DNA of 64,000 nt from an uncultured Clostridia bacterium (GTDB taxonomy: Bacteria > Bacillota > Clostridia > UBA1212 > UBA1255), in the NCBI GenBank assembly GCA_947625435.1, contig CANQOI010000003.1, forward strand, positions 1,591 to 65,590, given 5' to 3'. The translations under genes and the position numbers were made by a program. The notes under the pieces are model-generated. The model had not been told where the DNA came from. It saw nothing but the letters and a program-made list of their open reading frames with translations, and made no database searches. Below are positions 50,411 to 61,560 of this stretch, piece by piece. Every line of letters starts with the position of its first letter. Within the stretch, counting starts at the first letter, position 1.

Positions 50411-51742
50411 TCAATCCAGGAATCCCTTGTAGTTTCTCATGAGGAGCTGGGATTCGAGCTGTCTTACAGTCTCAAGCGCAACACCCACGAGGATCAAAAC
50501 GGTCGTACCGCCGAACCACAGATTAACATTGCCTATGTCTTCCTGAATGTAGGAAGCGATCTTCTGAAGCAAGGACGGTCCGACGGCGAGGATCGCAAGG
50601 AATATAGCACCGAACCATGTGATCCTGTGCGATGTCTTTTTGATGTAATCCGCTGTAGGCGCGCCCGGCCTCAATCCGGGGACGAATCCTCCGTTTTTCT
50701 TAAGGTTATTTGCTATATCTACCGGATCAAAATATACTATGTTATAGAAGAATGTGAATCCTACTATAAGAAGAGCATATATTATAATGTACAGCCATCC
50801 GCTTCCGTTAGAAAAAGATGTTATCGCCTTTGATATACTGCCGTTCGTACCTATAAATGATACTATCGTGACAGGGAACTGCAGCATTGACATAGCAAAT
50901 ATTATAGGAAGCACTCCCGATGAGTTTACTTTGATCGGAATATTTGTGCTCTGTCCGCCATATATCTTTCTGCCGACTACGCGCTTTGCATACTGAACCG
51001 GAATACGTCTTTCACCGCTTTCCATCCAGACAACTGCAACTATTACAGCGAGGAAAACGAGAAGCACTGCAACCACAAATATAATTCTTATATACAAAGC
51101 TATATTCATGGCCTCGCCTGTCAGTATGGCGTAAAGCGATACCGCGGCACTGGGCGCTCCTGCAACAATACCGGCAAAAATGATTATCGAAATTCCGTTT
51201 CCTATTCCGAGTTCCGTTATTTTGTCACCCAACCACATAAGGACCATAGTACCGGCCATAAAAGACAAAATAGCGAGCAGGAATGAAAATACATCAAAGC
51301 TGCCGGGATCGGCAAAGAGATTTATCATCATGCCGCTGTTGTTTATATTAAGGTACATCATTACCGACTGGAAAAGAGCCAGACCGAGCGTTATGAAACG
51401 CGTGATCTTTGTGAGCTTTTTTCTGCCCTCGGGGCCCTCTTTCTGCATTCTCTCGAGTGCCGGGATAGCCACCGTCAGGAGCTGAACAATAATGGACGCA
51501 TTGATATACGGACTTATTGTCATTGCAAAAAGTGATACATTCTTAAATGCGCCGCCTGAAAACATATTGTATACATTGAATATGCCGTTTTGCGCAAAAC
51601 TGTCAAATGCACCCGAAGAAAGTCCGGGAACCGGTACAAAACATCCTATTCTGAAGATGAGAACGAGCATGAGCGTCATAAACATTTTCTTTCTTAAGTC
51701 TTTGACTTTAAAAGCGTTAATGACAATGTCCTTAAAGTTCAT
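50411..51742 (-). CDS. secY: preprotein translocase subunit SecY
   Basis: 443 aa, ten-TM pattern. N-terminus ...KDLRKKMFMTLMLVLIFRIG... Confidence 0.95.
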   Translation of the reverse strand: MNFKDIVINAFKVKDLRKKMFMTLMLVLIFRIGCFVPVPGLSSGAFDSFAQNGIFNVYNMFSGGAFKNVSLFAMTISPYINASIIVQLLTVAIPALERMQKEGPEGRKKLTKITRFITLGLALFQSVMMYLNINNSGMMINLFADPGSFDVFSFLLAILSFMAGTMVLMWLGDKITELGIGNGISIIIFAGIVAGAPSAAVSLYAILTGEAMNIALYIRIIFVVAVLLVFLAVIVAVVWMESGERRIPVQYAKRVVGRKIYGGQSTNIPIKVNSSGVLPIIFAMSMLQFPVTIVSFIGTNGSISKAITSFSNGSGWLYIIIYALLIVGFTFFYNIVYFDPVDIANNLKKNGGFVPGLRPGAPTADYIKKTSHRITWFGAIFLAILAVGPSLLQKIASYIQEDIGNVNLWFGGTTVLILVGVALETVRQLESQLLMRNYKGFLD

Positions 51743-51743
51743 C

Positions 51744-52187
51744 TCAGATCACCTCTGCCTTTCCTCCTGCATTTTCAATCTTTTCAGCTGCACTTTTTGT
51801 AAAACGCGTAGCTTTAACTGTTAATTTCTTGTTCAAGTCACCGTTGCCGAGAATTTTAACACCGTCATACAGCTTCCTGATAAGTCTCGCGTTCACAAGT
51901 GCCGCTGCATCGATAACAGCGCCGTCTTCGAAAATATTGAGATCCGAAACATTTACTTCGGCATATACATCTGCAAATATCTTATTGTTAAAACCTCTTT
52001 TAGGCATTCTTCTGTATAAAGGTGTCTGTCCACCTTCAAAGCCGGGTCTTACCCCGCCACCTGAACGCGCCTTCTGTCCTTTGTGTCCTCTGCCGGCGGT
52101 TTTACCGTTCCCGGATCCGTGGCCTCTGCCCTTTCTGTATGCTTCACGGCTTGAACCCGCCGCGGGACGTAATTCATCAAGCTTCAT
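51744..52187 (-). CDS. rplO: 50S ribosomal protein L15
   Basis: [43 protein letters not shown]... Confidence 0.9.
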   Translation of the reverse strand: MKLDELRPAAGSSREAYRKGRGHGSGNGKTAGRGHKGQKARSGGGVRPGFEGGQTPLYRRMPKRGFNNKIFADVYAEVNVSDLNIFEDGAVIDAAALVNARLIRKLYDGVKILGNGDLNKKLTVKATRFTKSAAEKIENAGGKAEVI

Positions 52188-52201
52188 GGAAACACCTCCT
52201 G

Positions 52202-52381
52202 TTATATTTCTTCTACTTTAACCAGATGTGCGACTGTTCTGATCATTCCTCTTATCTGAGGGTTGTCGCTGTGCTCTACAGTGCTGCCTATCTTTTTAAG
52301 ACCAAGCGCCTGAACTGTAGCCTTCTGTCTCTGAACAACTTTATTGGTACTTCTTATAAGAGTTATCTTCAATTTTGACAT
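52202..52381 (-). CDS. rpmD: 50S ribosomal protein L30
   Basis: Not in the ORF track (59 aa). Manual translation gives [59 protein letters not shown]. Confidence 0.85.
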   Translation of the reverse strand: MSKLKITLIRSTNKVVQRQKATVQALGLKKIGSTVEHSDNPQIRGMIRTVAHLVKVEEI

Positions 52382-52393
52382 TGCGCTTCCCCC

Positions 52394-52894
52394 TTATTCC
52401 AGTATCTCTTCAACAGTCTTACCGCGAAGCTTTGAAACTTTCTCGGCAGTCATAAGTGAAGTAAGTCCGTCTATTGTGGCACGCACCATATTTATAGGAT
52501 TATTTGACCTGAGTGATTTTGTTCTTATGTCACGTATTCCGGAAAGCTCAATGACCGCTCTTACAGGTCCGCCTGCTATAACTCCGGTACCTTCGGCAGC
52601 CGGCTTAAGGAGAACTTCGCCTGCACCGTACTTGCCTATTATCTCGTGAGGAATCGTAGTGCCCACCATAGGAACATTTATGATGTTCTTTTTGGCGTCT
52701 TCCACACCTTTTCTTATTGCCTCTGTCACTTCGGCGGCTTTGCCGAGTCCTACGCCAACCTGACCGTTTTCATTGCCTACAACAACCAAAGCGCTCCATC
52801 TGAAATTACGTCCGCCCTTTACAACTTTAGTAACTTTGCCGAGGTTAACGACTTTCTCTTTAAATTCTGATGTATTGGAATTATTATGATCCAT
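52394..52894 (-). CDS. rpsE: 30S ribosomal protein S5
   Basis: ...[39 protein letters not shown]... Confidence 0.95.
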   Translation of the reverse strand: MDHNNSNTSEFKEKVVNLGKVTKVVKGGRNFRWSALVVVGNENGQVGVGLGKAAEVTEAIRKGVEDAKKNIINVPMVGTTIPHEIIGKYGAGEVLLKPAAEGTGVIAGGPVRAVIELSGIRDIRTKSLRSNNPINMVRATIDGLTSLMTAEKVSKLRGKTVEEILE

Positions 52895-52913
52895 GTTATA
52901 TCCTCCTTACGCC

Positions 52914-53282
52914 TTAGAAGTTAAGACCGGCTTCACGGGCAGCGTCTGCGAGCTCTTTTACTCTTCCGTGGTACACATACCCGCCGCGATCGAACACAAC
53001 CTCTGTTATCCCTGCGGCAGCAGCTCTCTCGGCTATAAGCTTTCCGACTTCCTTTGCCGCCTCAATATTGCCACCGTAGCTTAACTTCTCGCGTATTGCT
53101 TTATCAAGCGTTGATGCAGATACGAGCGTATTACCGGTTGTATCATCTATTACCTGTGCATAAATATTGGAAAGGCTCCTGAATACATTAAGTCTCGGAC
53201 GTTCAGGTGTTCCGCTGATATGCTTTCTTACACGTACGTGTCTTCTCTGACGAATCTGATTCTTACTTAATTTTTTTGCCAT
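52914..53282 (-). CDS. rplR: 50S ribosomal protein L18
   Basis: ...[31 protein letters not shown]... Confidence 0.95.
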   Translation of the reverse strand: MAKKLSKNQIRQRRHVRVRKHISGTPERPRLNVFRSLSNIYAQVIDDTTGNTLVSASTLDKAIREKLSYGGNIEAAKEVGKLIAERAAAAGITEVVFDRGGYVYHGRVKELADAAREAGLNF

Positions 53283-53300
53283 ATTGCGTCACTCCCTTTC

Positions 53301-53852
53301 TTATTTCTTGCCTGCGCCGCCTGTTTTACCTTCTTTACGGCGTACAAATTCATCAACATATTTAATGCCTTTGCCCTTATACGGCTCGGGAGGCTTCTTG
53401 CTTCTGACTTTTGCGGCAAATTCTCCGACCATCTGTTTATCGGTTCCTTTAATTATTATCTTGTTCTGAGCAGGTACTTCTATCGTTATTCCTTCCGGCG
53501 GATCCATATTGATCTGATGTGAAAAGCCGACATTCAGGACCAACATCTTGCCCTGAAGCGCAGCTCTGTAACCTACGCCGTTAATCTCAAGCTCTTTAAC
53601 ATATCCCTTCGTTACCCCGTCCACCATATTCTGTATGAGAGAACGTGTAAGTCCGTGAAGCGAACGATCCTCTTTATCATCGCTCTTCCTTGTAACTACT
53701 ATAGAACCGCCATCTATGTTTATGTCGATCCTTGAATGAAACTGCTCAGTGAGCGTTCCTTTTGGTCCCTTCACCTGCAGCTTATGACCGTCTAAAAGCT
53801 CTACTGTTACGCCTTCAGGAATCACAACAGGTTTTTTACCTATTCTGGACAT
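53301..53852 (-). CDS. rplF: 50S ribosomal protein L6
   Basis: [38 protein letters not shown]... Confidence 0.95.
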   Translation of the reverse strand: MSRIGKKPVVIPEGVTVELLDGHKLQVKGPKGTLTEQFHSRIDINIDGGSIVVTRKSDDKEDRSLHGLTRSLIQNMVDGVTKGYVKELEINGVGYRAALQGKMLVLNVGFSHQINMDPPEGITIEVPAQNKIIIKGTDKQMVGEFAAKVRSKKPPEPYKGKGIKYVDEFVRRKEGKTGGAGKK

Positions 53853-53944
53853 TTTACTATTTCCTCCAATCTTAAAATTCTGTACTGCCTCTCATATCCG
53901 GCAATACTTTTCAGATCATTTATATATTTCTGTTGGCATACCGA

Positions 53945-54343
53945 TCACCAAACGTAGGCCATTACTTCTCCGCCGATGCCGAGGCTTCTCGCCTTTTTAT
54001 CGGTCATTATACCGCTCGATGTCGATATGATAGCCACACCGAGTCCGCCGAGAACCTTCGGGAGCTCATCTTTTGATGCGTACACGCGGAGTCCCGGCTT
54101 TGATATACGCTTAATGCCGGATATTACAGGCCTCTTGCCCTCAGTATATTTAAGATACAGTCTGAGGACACCCTGCTTGCCGTCATCTATCGTCTGAACT
54201 TCCTTGACATATCCTTCTTCTTCCAAAATACGCGCGATAGCACTCTTCACATTCGAAGCAGGCACATCAACCGTTTCGTGTTTTGCTGTTCCCGCATTTC
54301 TTATACGCGTCAACATATCGGCTACAACATCAGTAATTTGCAT
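53945..54343 (-). CDS. rpsH: 30S ribosomal protein S8
   Basis: [46 protein letters not shown]... Confidence 0.95.
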   Translation of the reverse strand: MQITDVVADMLTRIRNAGTAKHETVDVPASNVKSAIARILEEEGYVKEVQTIDDGKQGVLRLYLKYTEGKRPVISGIKRISKPGLRVYASKDELPKVLGGLGVAIISTSSGIMTDKKARSLGIGGEVMAYVW

Positions 54344-54370
54344 AATGCTAACCTCCTTTACTCTTATCTG

Positions 54371-54556
54371 TTACCAGCTGGCTTTCTTGACACCGGGTAT
54401 CTGTCCCTTATAAGCCAATTCTCTGAAACAAATACGGCAGATGCCATACTTTCTGATATATGCATGAGGACGTCCGCAGATCTTACATCTGTTGTATGCT
54501 CTCGTAGAATACTTAGGTGTCCTTTGTTGTTTTATTTTCATTGAAACCTTTGCCAT
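54371..54556 (-). CDS. rpsZ: 30S ribosomal protein S14 type Z (zinc-binding)
   Basis: 61 aa. [23 protein letters not shown] is a C4 motif. Confidence 0.95.
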   Translation of the reverse strand: MAKVSMKIKQQRTPKYSTRAYNRCKICGRPHAYIRKYGICRICFRELAYKGQIPGVKKASW

Positions 54557-54570
54557 GGTCTACCTCCTTA

Positions 54571-55110
54571 TTACGAGTCAAACGGCATACCCATCATCTT
54601 GAGCAGCGCTTTTGCTTCTTCATCAGTCTTTGCCGTTGTGACAAAGATGATATCCATGCCTCTGACTTTATCAATCTTATCATATTCTATTTCAGGGAAA
54701 ATGATCTGCTCTTTAAGTCCGAGTGCGTAATTTCCGCGGCCGTCAAATGAATTTCCGGGTATTCCGTGAAAATCTCGAATACGGGGCAATGTAATGTTTA
54801 TAAGCTTATCCGCGAATGCATACATCCTTACGCCTCTGAGCGTTACCTTGCAGCCTATGTTCATTCCCTCACGTACCTTAAATGCGGCAACGGATTTTTT
54901 TGCCTTAGTTACGACCGGCTTTTGTCCGGTGATAAGAGAAAGATCGCTCACTGCGGATTCGATAGCCTTCGGGTTCTCCTTTACCTCTCCGAGTCCCATG
55001 TTTATGACTATCTTCTCAAGCTTAGGTATTTCCATTACATTCTTGTATTTGAACTGCTCCTGAAGAGCCGGCGCTATTTCTTTTTCATATTTTTCTTTAA
55101 GCCTTAACAT
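54571..55110 (-). CDS. rplE: 50S ribosomal protein L5
   Basis: [42 protein letters not shown]... Confidence 0.95.
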   Translation of the reverse strand: MLRLKEKYEKEIAPALQEQFKYKNVMEIPKLEKIVINMGLGEVKENPKAIESAVSDLSLITGQKPVVTKAKKSVAAFKVREGMNIGCKVTLRGVRMYAFADKLINITLPRIRDFHGIPGNSFDGRGNYALGLKEQIIFPEIEYDKIDKVRGMDIIFVTTAKTDEEAKALLKMMGMPFDS

Positions 55111-55130
55111 TTATTATCCTCCATTCGAAA

Positions 55131-55505
55131 TCACTTCGTATAATCGGTGGTAGGAATTACGGCTCCGCAACCCTTCCTCTTACAAACACGCACCTTGATC
55201 TGCTTACCGTTTTCTTCTATGACCTTGTGTCCGGTCCTCGTAGGTTCTCCGCACTTAGGGCAGATCACCATGACATTAGACACATGTACGGGAGATTCCT
55301 TCTTTATGATTCCTCCCTGTTCCGTACGGCCCTTCGGCTTCTGGTGCTTGCTCACCATATTGTAGCCTTCAACGATTACCTGCTCCTTATCCGGAATAAC
55401 CGCGAGTACTTTGCCTGTAACGGTTCTGGGCTTGCCGTTTTTATCTTTCTGACGACGTGTGTTCAGAACTACTACTTTATCGCCCTTCTTAATATTCATA
55501 CTCAT
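55131..55505 (-). CDS. rplX: 50S ribosomal protein L24 with a Cys4 (zinc-ribbon-like) C-terminal region
   Basis: KOW N-terminus NIKKGDKVVVL. The C-terminus VICPKCGEPTRTGHKVIEENGKQIKVRVCKRKGCGAVI carries CxxC...CxxxC where typical L24 has no Cys. Confidence 0.9.
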   Translation of the reverse strand: MSMNIKKGDKVVVLNTRRQKDKNGKPRTVTGKVLAVIPDKEQVIVEGYNMVSKHQKPKGRTEQGGIIKKESPVHVSNVMVICPKCGEPTRTGHKVIEENGKQIKVRVCKRKGCGAVIPTTDYTK

Positions 55506-55520
55506 AATATTATCCTCCGA

Positions 55521-55889
55521 TCAAATAACTTCGGGAGCAAGCGAGACGATCTTCATAAAATCATTCTCTCTGAGCTCTCTTGCTACAGGTCCGAAAATAC
55601 GTGTTCCTCTCGGATTCATGTCATCCTTTATAAGAACAGCAGCGTTCTCGTCAAATCTTATATATGTTCCGTCTTCACGGCGAACTCCGCGCTTCGTGCG
55701 AACTATCACGCATTTAACGACATCGCCCTTCTTGACCATACCGCCCGGAGCGGCAGCTTTAACAGAGCATACTATTATATCTCCTATATTCGCATAACGG
55801 CGCCTGCTTCCGCCTATAACTTTGATGCACATCAATTCTTTAGCGCCGGTATTGTCTGCAACTTTAAGCCTAGTCTGTACTTGTACCAT
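55521..55889 (-). CDS. rplN: 50S ribosomal protein L14
   Basis: [40 protein letters not shown]... Confidence 0.95.
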   Translation of the reverse strand: MVQVQTRLKVADNTGAKELMCIKVIGGSRRRYANIGDIIVCSVKAAAPGGMVKKGDVVKCVIVRTKRGVRREDGTYIRFDENAAVLIKDDMNPRGTRIFGPVARELRENDFMKIVSLAPEVI

Positions 55890-55910
55890 AACTTTTGCCT
55901 CCTATATTCG

Positions 55911-56168
55911 TTAGCGAGCCTTCTCTATGATAGAAGCCAGTCTCCACCGTTTGTCTTTACTGAGAGGCCGGGTTTCCATTACCTCAACGGTATCCCCCAC
56001 CTTCGCCTCGTTTGCTTCGTCATGGGCCTTTAATTTATATGTGGTCTTAACGACCTTCTTGTAGAGCGGATGCTTCACACTGTCGACCACCGCAACTACG
56101 ATAGTCTTATCCATCTTATCGCTGATAACCTTACCAACTCTTGTTTTTCTTAAATTTCTGTCTGCCAA
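55911..56168 (-). CDS. rpsQ: 30S ribosomal protein S17
   Basis: ...[34 protein letters not shown]... Confidence 0.95.
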   Translation of the reverse strand: MADRNLRKTRVGKVISDKMDKTIVVAVVDSVKHPLYKKVVKTTYKLKAHDEANEAKVGDTVEVMETRPLSKDKRWRLASIIEKAR

Positions 56169-56194
56169 ATTAAACTACCTCCTTCCGAAGCTTC

Positions 56195-56410
56195 TCATTT
56201 CTGCTCAGAAGCAAGTTCTCTTGCTCTGATGGCAGTCTTCACACGCGCGATGTCACGCTTTAAAAACTTTAATTTCATAGGGTTATCTATCGGGCTGGTA
56301 GCATTCTTGAAACGGAGCTTAAAAAGCTCTTCTTTCAGGGATGCTTCTTCCTTTTTCAATTCTTCAATCGACATTTTACTTAAATTATCATTGAAATCCT
56401 TAGCCTTCAT
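56195..56410 (-). CDS. rpmC: 50S ribosomal protein L29
   Basis: 71 aa. ...[24 protein letters not shown]... Overlaps the rplP stop. Confidence 0.9.
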   Translation of the reverse strand: MKAKDFNDNLSKMSIEELKKEEASLKEELFKLRFKNATSPIDNPMKLKFLKRDIARVKTAIRARELASEQK

Positions 56411-56840
56411 TTACATCACCCTCCGTTTCTGTCTGTTCGCGAGCGATTATCTTGCATTTTACGGGAAGCTTATGCATCGCAAGGCGCAGTGCTTCTCTGC
56501 AAAGATCTTCGCTTACGCCTGCCACCTCGAAAAGAACTCTGCCGGGTTTAACTACAGCTACCCAATACTCGGGATTACCTTTACCGGAACCCATTCGTAC
56601 TTCCGCAGGTTTCTTTGTAACAGGTTTATCGGGGAATATTTTGATCCAAACCTTACCGCCTCTTTTGATAGAACGCGTCAGTGCGATACGGGCAGCTTCT
56701 ATCTGATTGCTTGTTATCCAACCGCACTCGGTGGACTGGAGGCCGAACTCACCCTGAGAAACAACATTGCCTCTCGAGGCTACGCCTTTCATTCTGCCTC
56801 TCTGCACTTTTCTGTGCTTGACTCTTTTAGGCATTAACAT
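56400..56840 (-). CDS. rplP: 50S ribosomal protein L16
   Basis: [25 protein letters not shown]... Confidence 0.95.
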   Translation of the reverse strand: MLMPKRVKHRKVQRGRMKGVASRGNVVSQGEFGLQSTECGWITSNQIEAARIALTRSIKRGGKVWIKIFPDKPVTKKPAEVRMGSGKGNPEYWVAVVKPGRVLFEVAGVSEDLCREALRLAMHKLPVKCKIIAREQTETEGDVNEG

Positions 56841-56842
56841 AA

Positions 56843-57517
56843 TTATTCCTCGCTCCCTTCTGAATTCGCCGCACCTGCGTTTTTAGCTGCAGGCAGGACT
56901 TCTCCTTTGTAAATCCAGACTTTAACACCGATCTTGCCGTATGTGGTATTAGCTTCCGCAAATCCGTAATCTATATCGGCTCTCAGTGTCTGAAGCGGTA
57001 TCGTACCCTCGTGATAATGTTCGCTGCGTGCGATCTCGGCGCCGCCGAGTCTTCCGCTGCATGCGGTCTTGATACCGAGTGCTCCCGCGCGCATTGTTCT
57101 GAGCATTACCTGCTTCATCGCTCTTCTGAATGTTATACGCTTTTCAAGCTGAGCTGCTATGTTCTCGGCGCAGAGCTGCGCATCGAGATCGGGATTCTTC
57201 ACTTGGAAAACATTTATCGAAACTATCTTGCCCGTCATTTTCTCGAGCTCATTCTTAAGCTCATCTTTTATCGCGCCGTTCTTGCCGATAACGAAGCCGG
57301 GCTTTGCGGTTTCTATATTTACGAGAACTTTATTCGCCGTTCTCTCTATCTTTATCCTTGATATTTCAGCCGTATAAAGCTTCTTCTTGACATAAGTCCT
57401 TATCTTGTTATCTTCCACGAGGAAATCCGCAAAATTCTTTTTATTTGCGTACCATTTGGAATCCCAGTCCTTTATTACTCCCACTCTGAGTCCGTGAGGA
57501 TTAACCTTCTGTCCCAT
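56843..57517 (-). CDS. rpsC: 30S ribosomal protein S3
   Basis: [29 protein letters not shown]... The ATG at 57517 has an AGGAGG SD 7 nt upstream. The first two codons of the ORF as listed are TTG-Ser. Confidence 0.95.
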   Translation of the reverse strand: MGQKVNPHGLRVGVIKDWDSKWYANKKNFADFLVEDNKIRTYVKKKLYTAEISRIKIERTANKVLVNIETAKPGFVIGKNGAIKDELKNELEKMTGKIVSINVFQVKNPDLDAQLCAENIAAQLEKRITFRRAMKQVMLRTMRAGALGIKTACSGRLGGAEIARSEHYHEGTIPLQTLRADIDYGFAEANTTYGKIGVKVWIYKGEVLPAAKNAGAANSEGSEE

Positions 57518-57532
57518 ACTCAACCTCCTCCA

Positions 57533-58009
57533 TTAGTCTCTTTCTTTCAGTACCACGGTAATGTGGCTTGTTCTCTTGTTTATACGCGTTCCGCGCCCTC
57601 TGGCTACCGCGCGCATACGTTTGAGAGTCGGTCCCTGATTTGCGTAGCAATCGGCAACATATAACTTATCGCTGTCAAGTTCAAAATTATTTACCGCATT
57701 TGCTTCAGCCGAATGCAGAAGCTTGTATATAAGCTCGGAGGCGGCCTTAGGCGTAAATCTTACGATAGCGTATGCTTCTTGAAGATCCTTACCTTTGATA
57801 AGATCAAGCACGATCTTAACCTTCCTGGCTGAAATCCTCGCATAATTCAGCGTTGCCTTACCCTGATCTCTGCCGATACCCAGCACCTTACGTTCACGCT
57901 TTGAAAGAATGAAAGGTTTGTTGTTCTTGCCCGACTGAGAGTTATATTGTTTTATCAGTTCTTCTCTTCTTGACAGAAGTTCAGATTCGCTCAAAATTTT
58001 TCTTTCCAA
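57533..58009 (-). CDS. rplV: 50S ribosomal protein L22 with a ~45-aa N-terminal extension (TTG start)
   Basis: The L22 core ...ATLNYARISARKVKIVLDLIKGKDLQEAYAIVRF... begins about residue 50. The TTG at 58009 is preceded by a perfect AAGGAGG SD at 7 nt spacing, directly after the rpsS stop. Confidence 0.85.
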   Translation of the reverse strand: MERKILSESELLSRREELIKQYNSQSGKNNKPFILSKRERKVLGIGRDQGKATLNYARISARKVKIVLDLIKGKDLQEAYAIVRFTPKAASELIYKLLHSAEANAVNNFELDSDKLYVADCYANQGPTLKRMRAVARGRGTRINKRTSHITVVLKERD

Positions 58010-58027
58010 AGAAATTCCTCCTTTACA

Positions 58028-58315
58028 TCAGCGCTTTACGGAGCTGGATTTTTCACTCTTGTTTGCATGGCCTCTGTAAGTTCTCGTAGGAGCAAATTCA
58101 CCAAGCTTATGTCCGACCATTTCTTCTGTTATATATACAGGCACATGCTTGCGTCCGTCATGAACAGCTATCGTGTGACCTACCATCTGCGGGAAGATCG
58201 TAGATGCTCTCGACCACGTTTTGATGACGATCTTCTCGTTCTTTTCATTCATAGCTTCTATTCGCTTTAAAAGTTTCTCCTGTACAAAAGGCCCTTTCTT
58301 AACAGATCTACTCAT
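58028..58315 (-). CDS. rpsS: 30S ribosomal protein S19
   Basis: [61 protein letters not shown]... Confidence 0.95.
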   Translation of the reverse strand: MSRSVKKGPFVQEKLLKRIEAMNEKNEKIVIKTWSRASTIFPQMVGHTIAVHDGRKHVPVYITEEMVGHKLGEFAPTRTYRGHANKSEKSSSVKR

Positions 58316-58333
58316 GCTGCAACCTCCTTAAGA

Positions 58334-59167
58334 TTACTTACTGTTCCTTCTTCTGACGATATACTTATCAGAAGCTTTATTCTTCTTCCTTGTCTTGTAT
58401 CCGAGGGTTGGCTTACCCCAAGGAGTAACAGGACTCGGCATACCGACAGGAGACTTGCCTTCGCCGCCGCCGTGAGGGTGGTCGCACGGGTTCATTACTA
58501 CACCGCGTACCGTAGGACGTATTCCCATCCATCTTTTTCTTCCGGCTTTACCTATCGTAATATTCTCGTGGTCAAGGTTGCCTACCTGCCCGATCGTTGC
58601 CTTGCAGAGCTGCGGTATGAGACGAACCTCTCCGGAGCCGAGGCGGACCTGCGCAAATCCGTTTTCCTTAGCCATGAGCTGAGCGGACGAGCCTGCGGAT
58701 CTTACAAGCTGAGCTCCCTTTCCGGGCTTCATTTCTATGTTGTGGATTATAGTACCTATCGGTATATCCTTAAGTGCGAGAGCATTTCCCGGTAAAATGT
58801 CGGCTCCTTCTCCCGACAGTACCTTATCTCCCACTTTAAGTCCGTCCGGATGAAGTATATATCTCTTCTCTCCGTCGGCATAAACGAGCAATGCTATGTT
58901 GGCGGATCTGTTAGGATCGTACTCCACAGATACAACCTTTGCGGGTATACCCTCTTTATCTCTCTTGAAGTCAATTATTCTGTACTGTCTCTTAGTGCCG
59001 CCGCCCTGATGACGAACGGTAATCCTTCCGTATGAGTTTCTGCCTGCGTTCTTCTTGACAGGAGTCATGAGCGACTTAACGCTGCTCTTAGCGGTTATCT
59101 CCTCAAAAGTCGAGACCGTCATCGTTCTTCTGGAAGGTGTTGTCGGATTATATTTCTTAATACCCAT
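58334..59167 (-). CDS. rplB: 50S ribosomal protein L2
   Basis: ...[28 protein letters not shown]..., 277 aa. Confidence 0.95.
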   Translation of the reverse strand: MGIKKYNPTTPSRRTMTVSTFEEITAKSSVKSLMTPVKKNAGRNSYGRITVRHQGGGTKRQYRIIDFKRDKEGIPAKVVSVEYDPNRSANIALLVYADGEKRYILHPDGLKVGDKVLSGEGADILPGNALALKDIPIGTIIHNIEMKPGKGAQLVRSAGSSAQLMAKENGFAQVRLGSGEVRLIPQLCKATIGQVGNLDHENITIGKAGRKRWMGIRPTVRGVVMNPCDHPHGGGEGKSPVGMPSPVTPWGKPTLGYKTRKKNKASDKYIVRRRNSK

Positions 59168-59185
59168 TTCACTGTCCTCCTAAGC

Positions 59186-59539
59186 TTACTGAGCGAATCC
59201 GAAGTCTTCGATCGAATTCTTATACTTCTTTGTTTTCTTCTCTCCGCCGACAGTATATTCAACAGCCTGGGGATCGGTATCGATCGTAATGACTGCCTTC
59301 TTCCACTTCGGAGTATATCCTACTGCCATTCCCGAATTCTGCCTGCGGCTTCTTTTCTTACCGTCATAGCGCATCGTGTTCACTGCCAGCACTTTGACTT
59401 CAAAGATCTTCTCTGCGGCTTTCTTTATGTCGATCTTTGTGGCGTTTACATCAACAACAAAAGTATATCTGCCCTCTGCCGCGGCTTCGGTGCTTTTTTC
59501 TGTTATGTGGGGACGAATAATTATATCATATGCGTTCAT
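59186..59539 (-). CDS. rplW: 50S ribosomal protein L23 (with C-terminal extension)
   Basis: [50 protein letters not shown]... 117 aa. Confidence 0.9.
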   Translation of the reverse strand: MNAYDIIIRPHITEKSTEAAAEGRYTFVVDVNATKIDIKKAAEKIFEVKVLAVNTMRYDGKKRSRRQNSGMAVGYTPKWKKAVITIDTDPQAVEYTVGGEKKTKKYKNSIEDFGFAQ

Positions 59540-60174
59540 GCGTACACCTCCGAAATTTTACTTAAAGCGTCTTTGGTTACGATGAATTTGCCGTGACGCA
59601 GTATGTCGTATACGTTGATTGTATTTACGTATGCCGTATCCACACCCTTGATATTGCTCGCCGATTTAACAACATTGATATCCTTCTCCGGTATTACCAC
59701 GAGAGCGCTTCCGTTAGTGCGTCCGTCGGAAACTCCGAGATTCCTGAGAACTTCCACCATGTTCTTTGTCTTGATTCCTTCAAATCCGAGCGTATCGAGA
59801 ACTATTATGTCGCCGTCATTCGCCTTGCTTGTAAGTGACGACTTGATCGCCAGTCTCTTTACTTTCTTAGGTATGGTATAACTGTAATCTCTCGGTTTGG
59901 GTCCGAACACGATACCGCCGTGTATCCACTGCGCGGATCTCGTACTTCCCTGTCTCGCACGGCCTGTGCCCTTCTGTCTGTAAGGCTTCTTGCCGCCTCC
60001 GCTCACTTCGCTCTTTACGAGCGTTGAGTGCGTTCCCTGACGCTTATTCGCAAGATTGTTCACAACCGCAGCGTGCATGCAGTATGTGTTGACCTCCACG
60101 CCGAATATATTGCTGTCGAGTTCTATCTCCTCAACAACTTCTCCCTTCATATTATAAACATTTACTTTTGGCAT
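59536..60174 (-). CDS. rplD: 50S ribosomal protein L4
   Basis: The start [29 protein letters not shown]... is at 60174 with an AGGAGG SD 8 nt upstream. Confidence 0.9.
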   Translation of the reverse strand: MPKVNVYNMKGEVVEEIELDSNIFGVEVNTYCMHAAVVNNLANKRQGTHSTLVKSEVSGGGKKPYRQKGTGRARQGSTRSAQWIHGGIVFGPKPRDYSYTIPKKVKRLAIKSSLTSKANDGDIIVLDTLGFEGIKTKNMVEVLRNLGVSDGRTNGSALVVIPEKDINVVKSASNIKGVDTAYVNTINVYDILRHGKFIVTKDALSKISEVYA

Positions 60175-60194
60175 GATTTCTTCCTCCTTCCGCG

Positions 60195-60827
60195 TCACGC
60201 TTTAACCGATTCTCTTATCTCAAGGAGTCCGCCCTTGGGGCCCGGAATTGCGCCTTTTATAAGAAGAAGATTCCTGTCACCGTCAACCTTAACGACAGTC
60301 AGGTTTTGTACTGTCACTCTCTCTGCTCCCATATGTCCCGGCATGTTCTTTCCTTTGAAGACCTTGCCCGGATCCGTGTTGGCGCCCATGGAACCTACAC
60401 CTCTGTGATACTTGGAACCGTGAGACTTCGGTCCTATCTTCTGTCCGTGTCTCTTGATGGCACCCTGGTATCCTTTACCTTTTGATGTGCCGCTCACGTC
60501 TACGCTGTCTCCGTCCTTGAACATGTCCGTTACGGTGATCGTCTGTCCGAGCTCATACGTATCGGCATTCTCGGGTTTGAATTCTCTGAGATACTTGAAG
60601 CCGCTCATTTCGAGCTTATCGAAAAGGCCCTTCTCGGGTTTGTTGAGCTTCTTCTTGTCTACTTCGCCGTAAGCTATCTTAACAGCGCTATAGCTGTCTG
60701 TTTCTTCAGTCTTCTTCTGCACGACAGTGCAGGGACCTGCAAGCACTACAGTGATCGGCGTACATTTGCCGTCAGCGTCAAAAATCTGAGTCATTCCGAT
60801 TTTTGTTCCTAAAATAAAATTCTTCAT
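60195..60827 (-). CDS. rplC: 50S ribosomal protein L3
   Basis: [28 protein letters not shown]... AGGAGG SD. Confidence 0.95.
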   Translation of the reverse strand: MKNFILGTKIGMTQIFDADGKCTPITVVLAGPCTVVQKKTEETDSYSAVKIAYGEVDKKKLNKPEKGLFDKLEMSGFKYLREFKPENADTYELGQTITVTDMFKDGDSVDVSGTSKGKGYQGAIKRHGQKIGPKSHGSKYHRGVGSMGANTDPGKVFKGKNMPGHMGAERVTVQNLTVVKVDGDRNLLLIKGAIPGPKGGLLEIRESVKA

Positions 60828-60922
60828 TTACTGCTTTACCTCCTGATTGGTTATTGGTTCCCGAGGGAACTTGACCGGTTCCACGCCCTGCAGGGCGGAA
60901 CCCGGGTAACGCGATCAAAGTA

Positions 60923-61240
60923 TCACTGTTTAACTTTGATCTCTATATCCACGCCTGCCGGCAGATCGAGACGCATGAGTGCGTCAACAGTCTTGGGCGA
61001 AGGCATAAGGATGTCTATGAGCCTCTTGTGTGTCCTCATTTCAAACTGTTCGCGCGAATCTTTATATTTATGAGGAGCACGAAGTATCGTTACGACTTCT
61101 CTGTCTGTCGGGAGCGGTATCGGACCTGAAACCACGGCATCCGTGCGTTTTGCAGTGTCGACGATCTTCTGAGCCGCCTGATCGAGCAGCTGGAAATCGT
61201 AAGCCTTTAATTTGATTCTGATTTTCTGTTTGTTTGCCAT
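60923..61240 (-). CDS. rpsJ: 30S ribosomal protein S10
   Basis: [77 protein letters not shown]... Confidence 0.95.
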   Translation of the reverse strand: MANKQKIRIKLKAYDFQLLDQAAQKIVDTAKRTDAVVSGPIPLPTDREVVTILRAPHKYKDSREQFEMRTHKRLIDILMPSPKTVDALMRLDLPAGVDIEIKVKQ

Positions 61241-61337
61241 ACATAATCCTCTTTCTTTAGATGTTTTGTTACGTATAACAGCTTGCGCACCTTTTCTGTT
61301 TTTCTGTCACCGTGCCGTGTGTTTCACGTTTTGGGCA

Positions 61338-61386
61338 ATAAAAAAACCAAATTGAAATATCCTTCTTCGGAAGGATTCCAAGTTGG
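61338..61386 (-). terminator. terminator-like hairpin with U-run inside the S10 operon leader (candidate attenuator)
   Basis: The minus strand reads CCAACTTGGAATCCTTC-cgaa-GAAGGATATTTCAATTTGG followed by TTTTTTT. It lies about 100 nt upstream of rpsJ and downstream of the predicted promoter. Confidence 0.45.
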
Positions 61387-61560
61387 GCATAAAATCTGAA
61401 ACATACAGCAGAATAACATCTATACAGTATTCAGTGCATGACTTGTCGCCCGGTTTCACGAATCGGACATTCTCCACATGAGTTACCTGCCCATGCACGG
61501 TTGATCATCCGCGCGGCAGCAATCTCCTGCTTCATCGTCTGTCAAGTCGCAACAGGCGAA

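Noticed and set aside
61307-61498. 63-aa minus-strand ORF inside the S10 leader spanning the terminator hairpin (possible leader peptide)
   Set aside because: No Shine-Dalgarno upstream of its ATG and no obvious regulatory codon run. Treated as a chance ORF, although a leader-peptide attenuation mechanism cannot be fully excluded without ribosome profiling.
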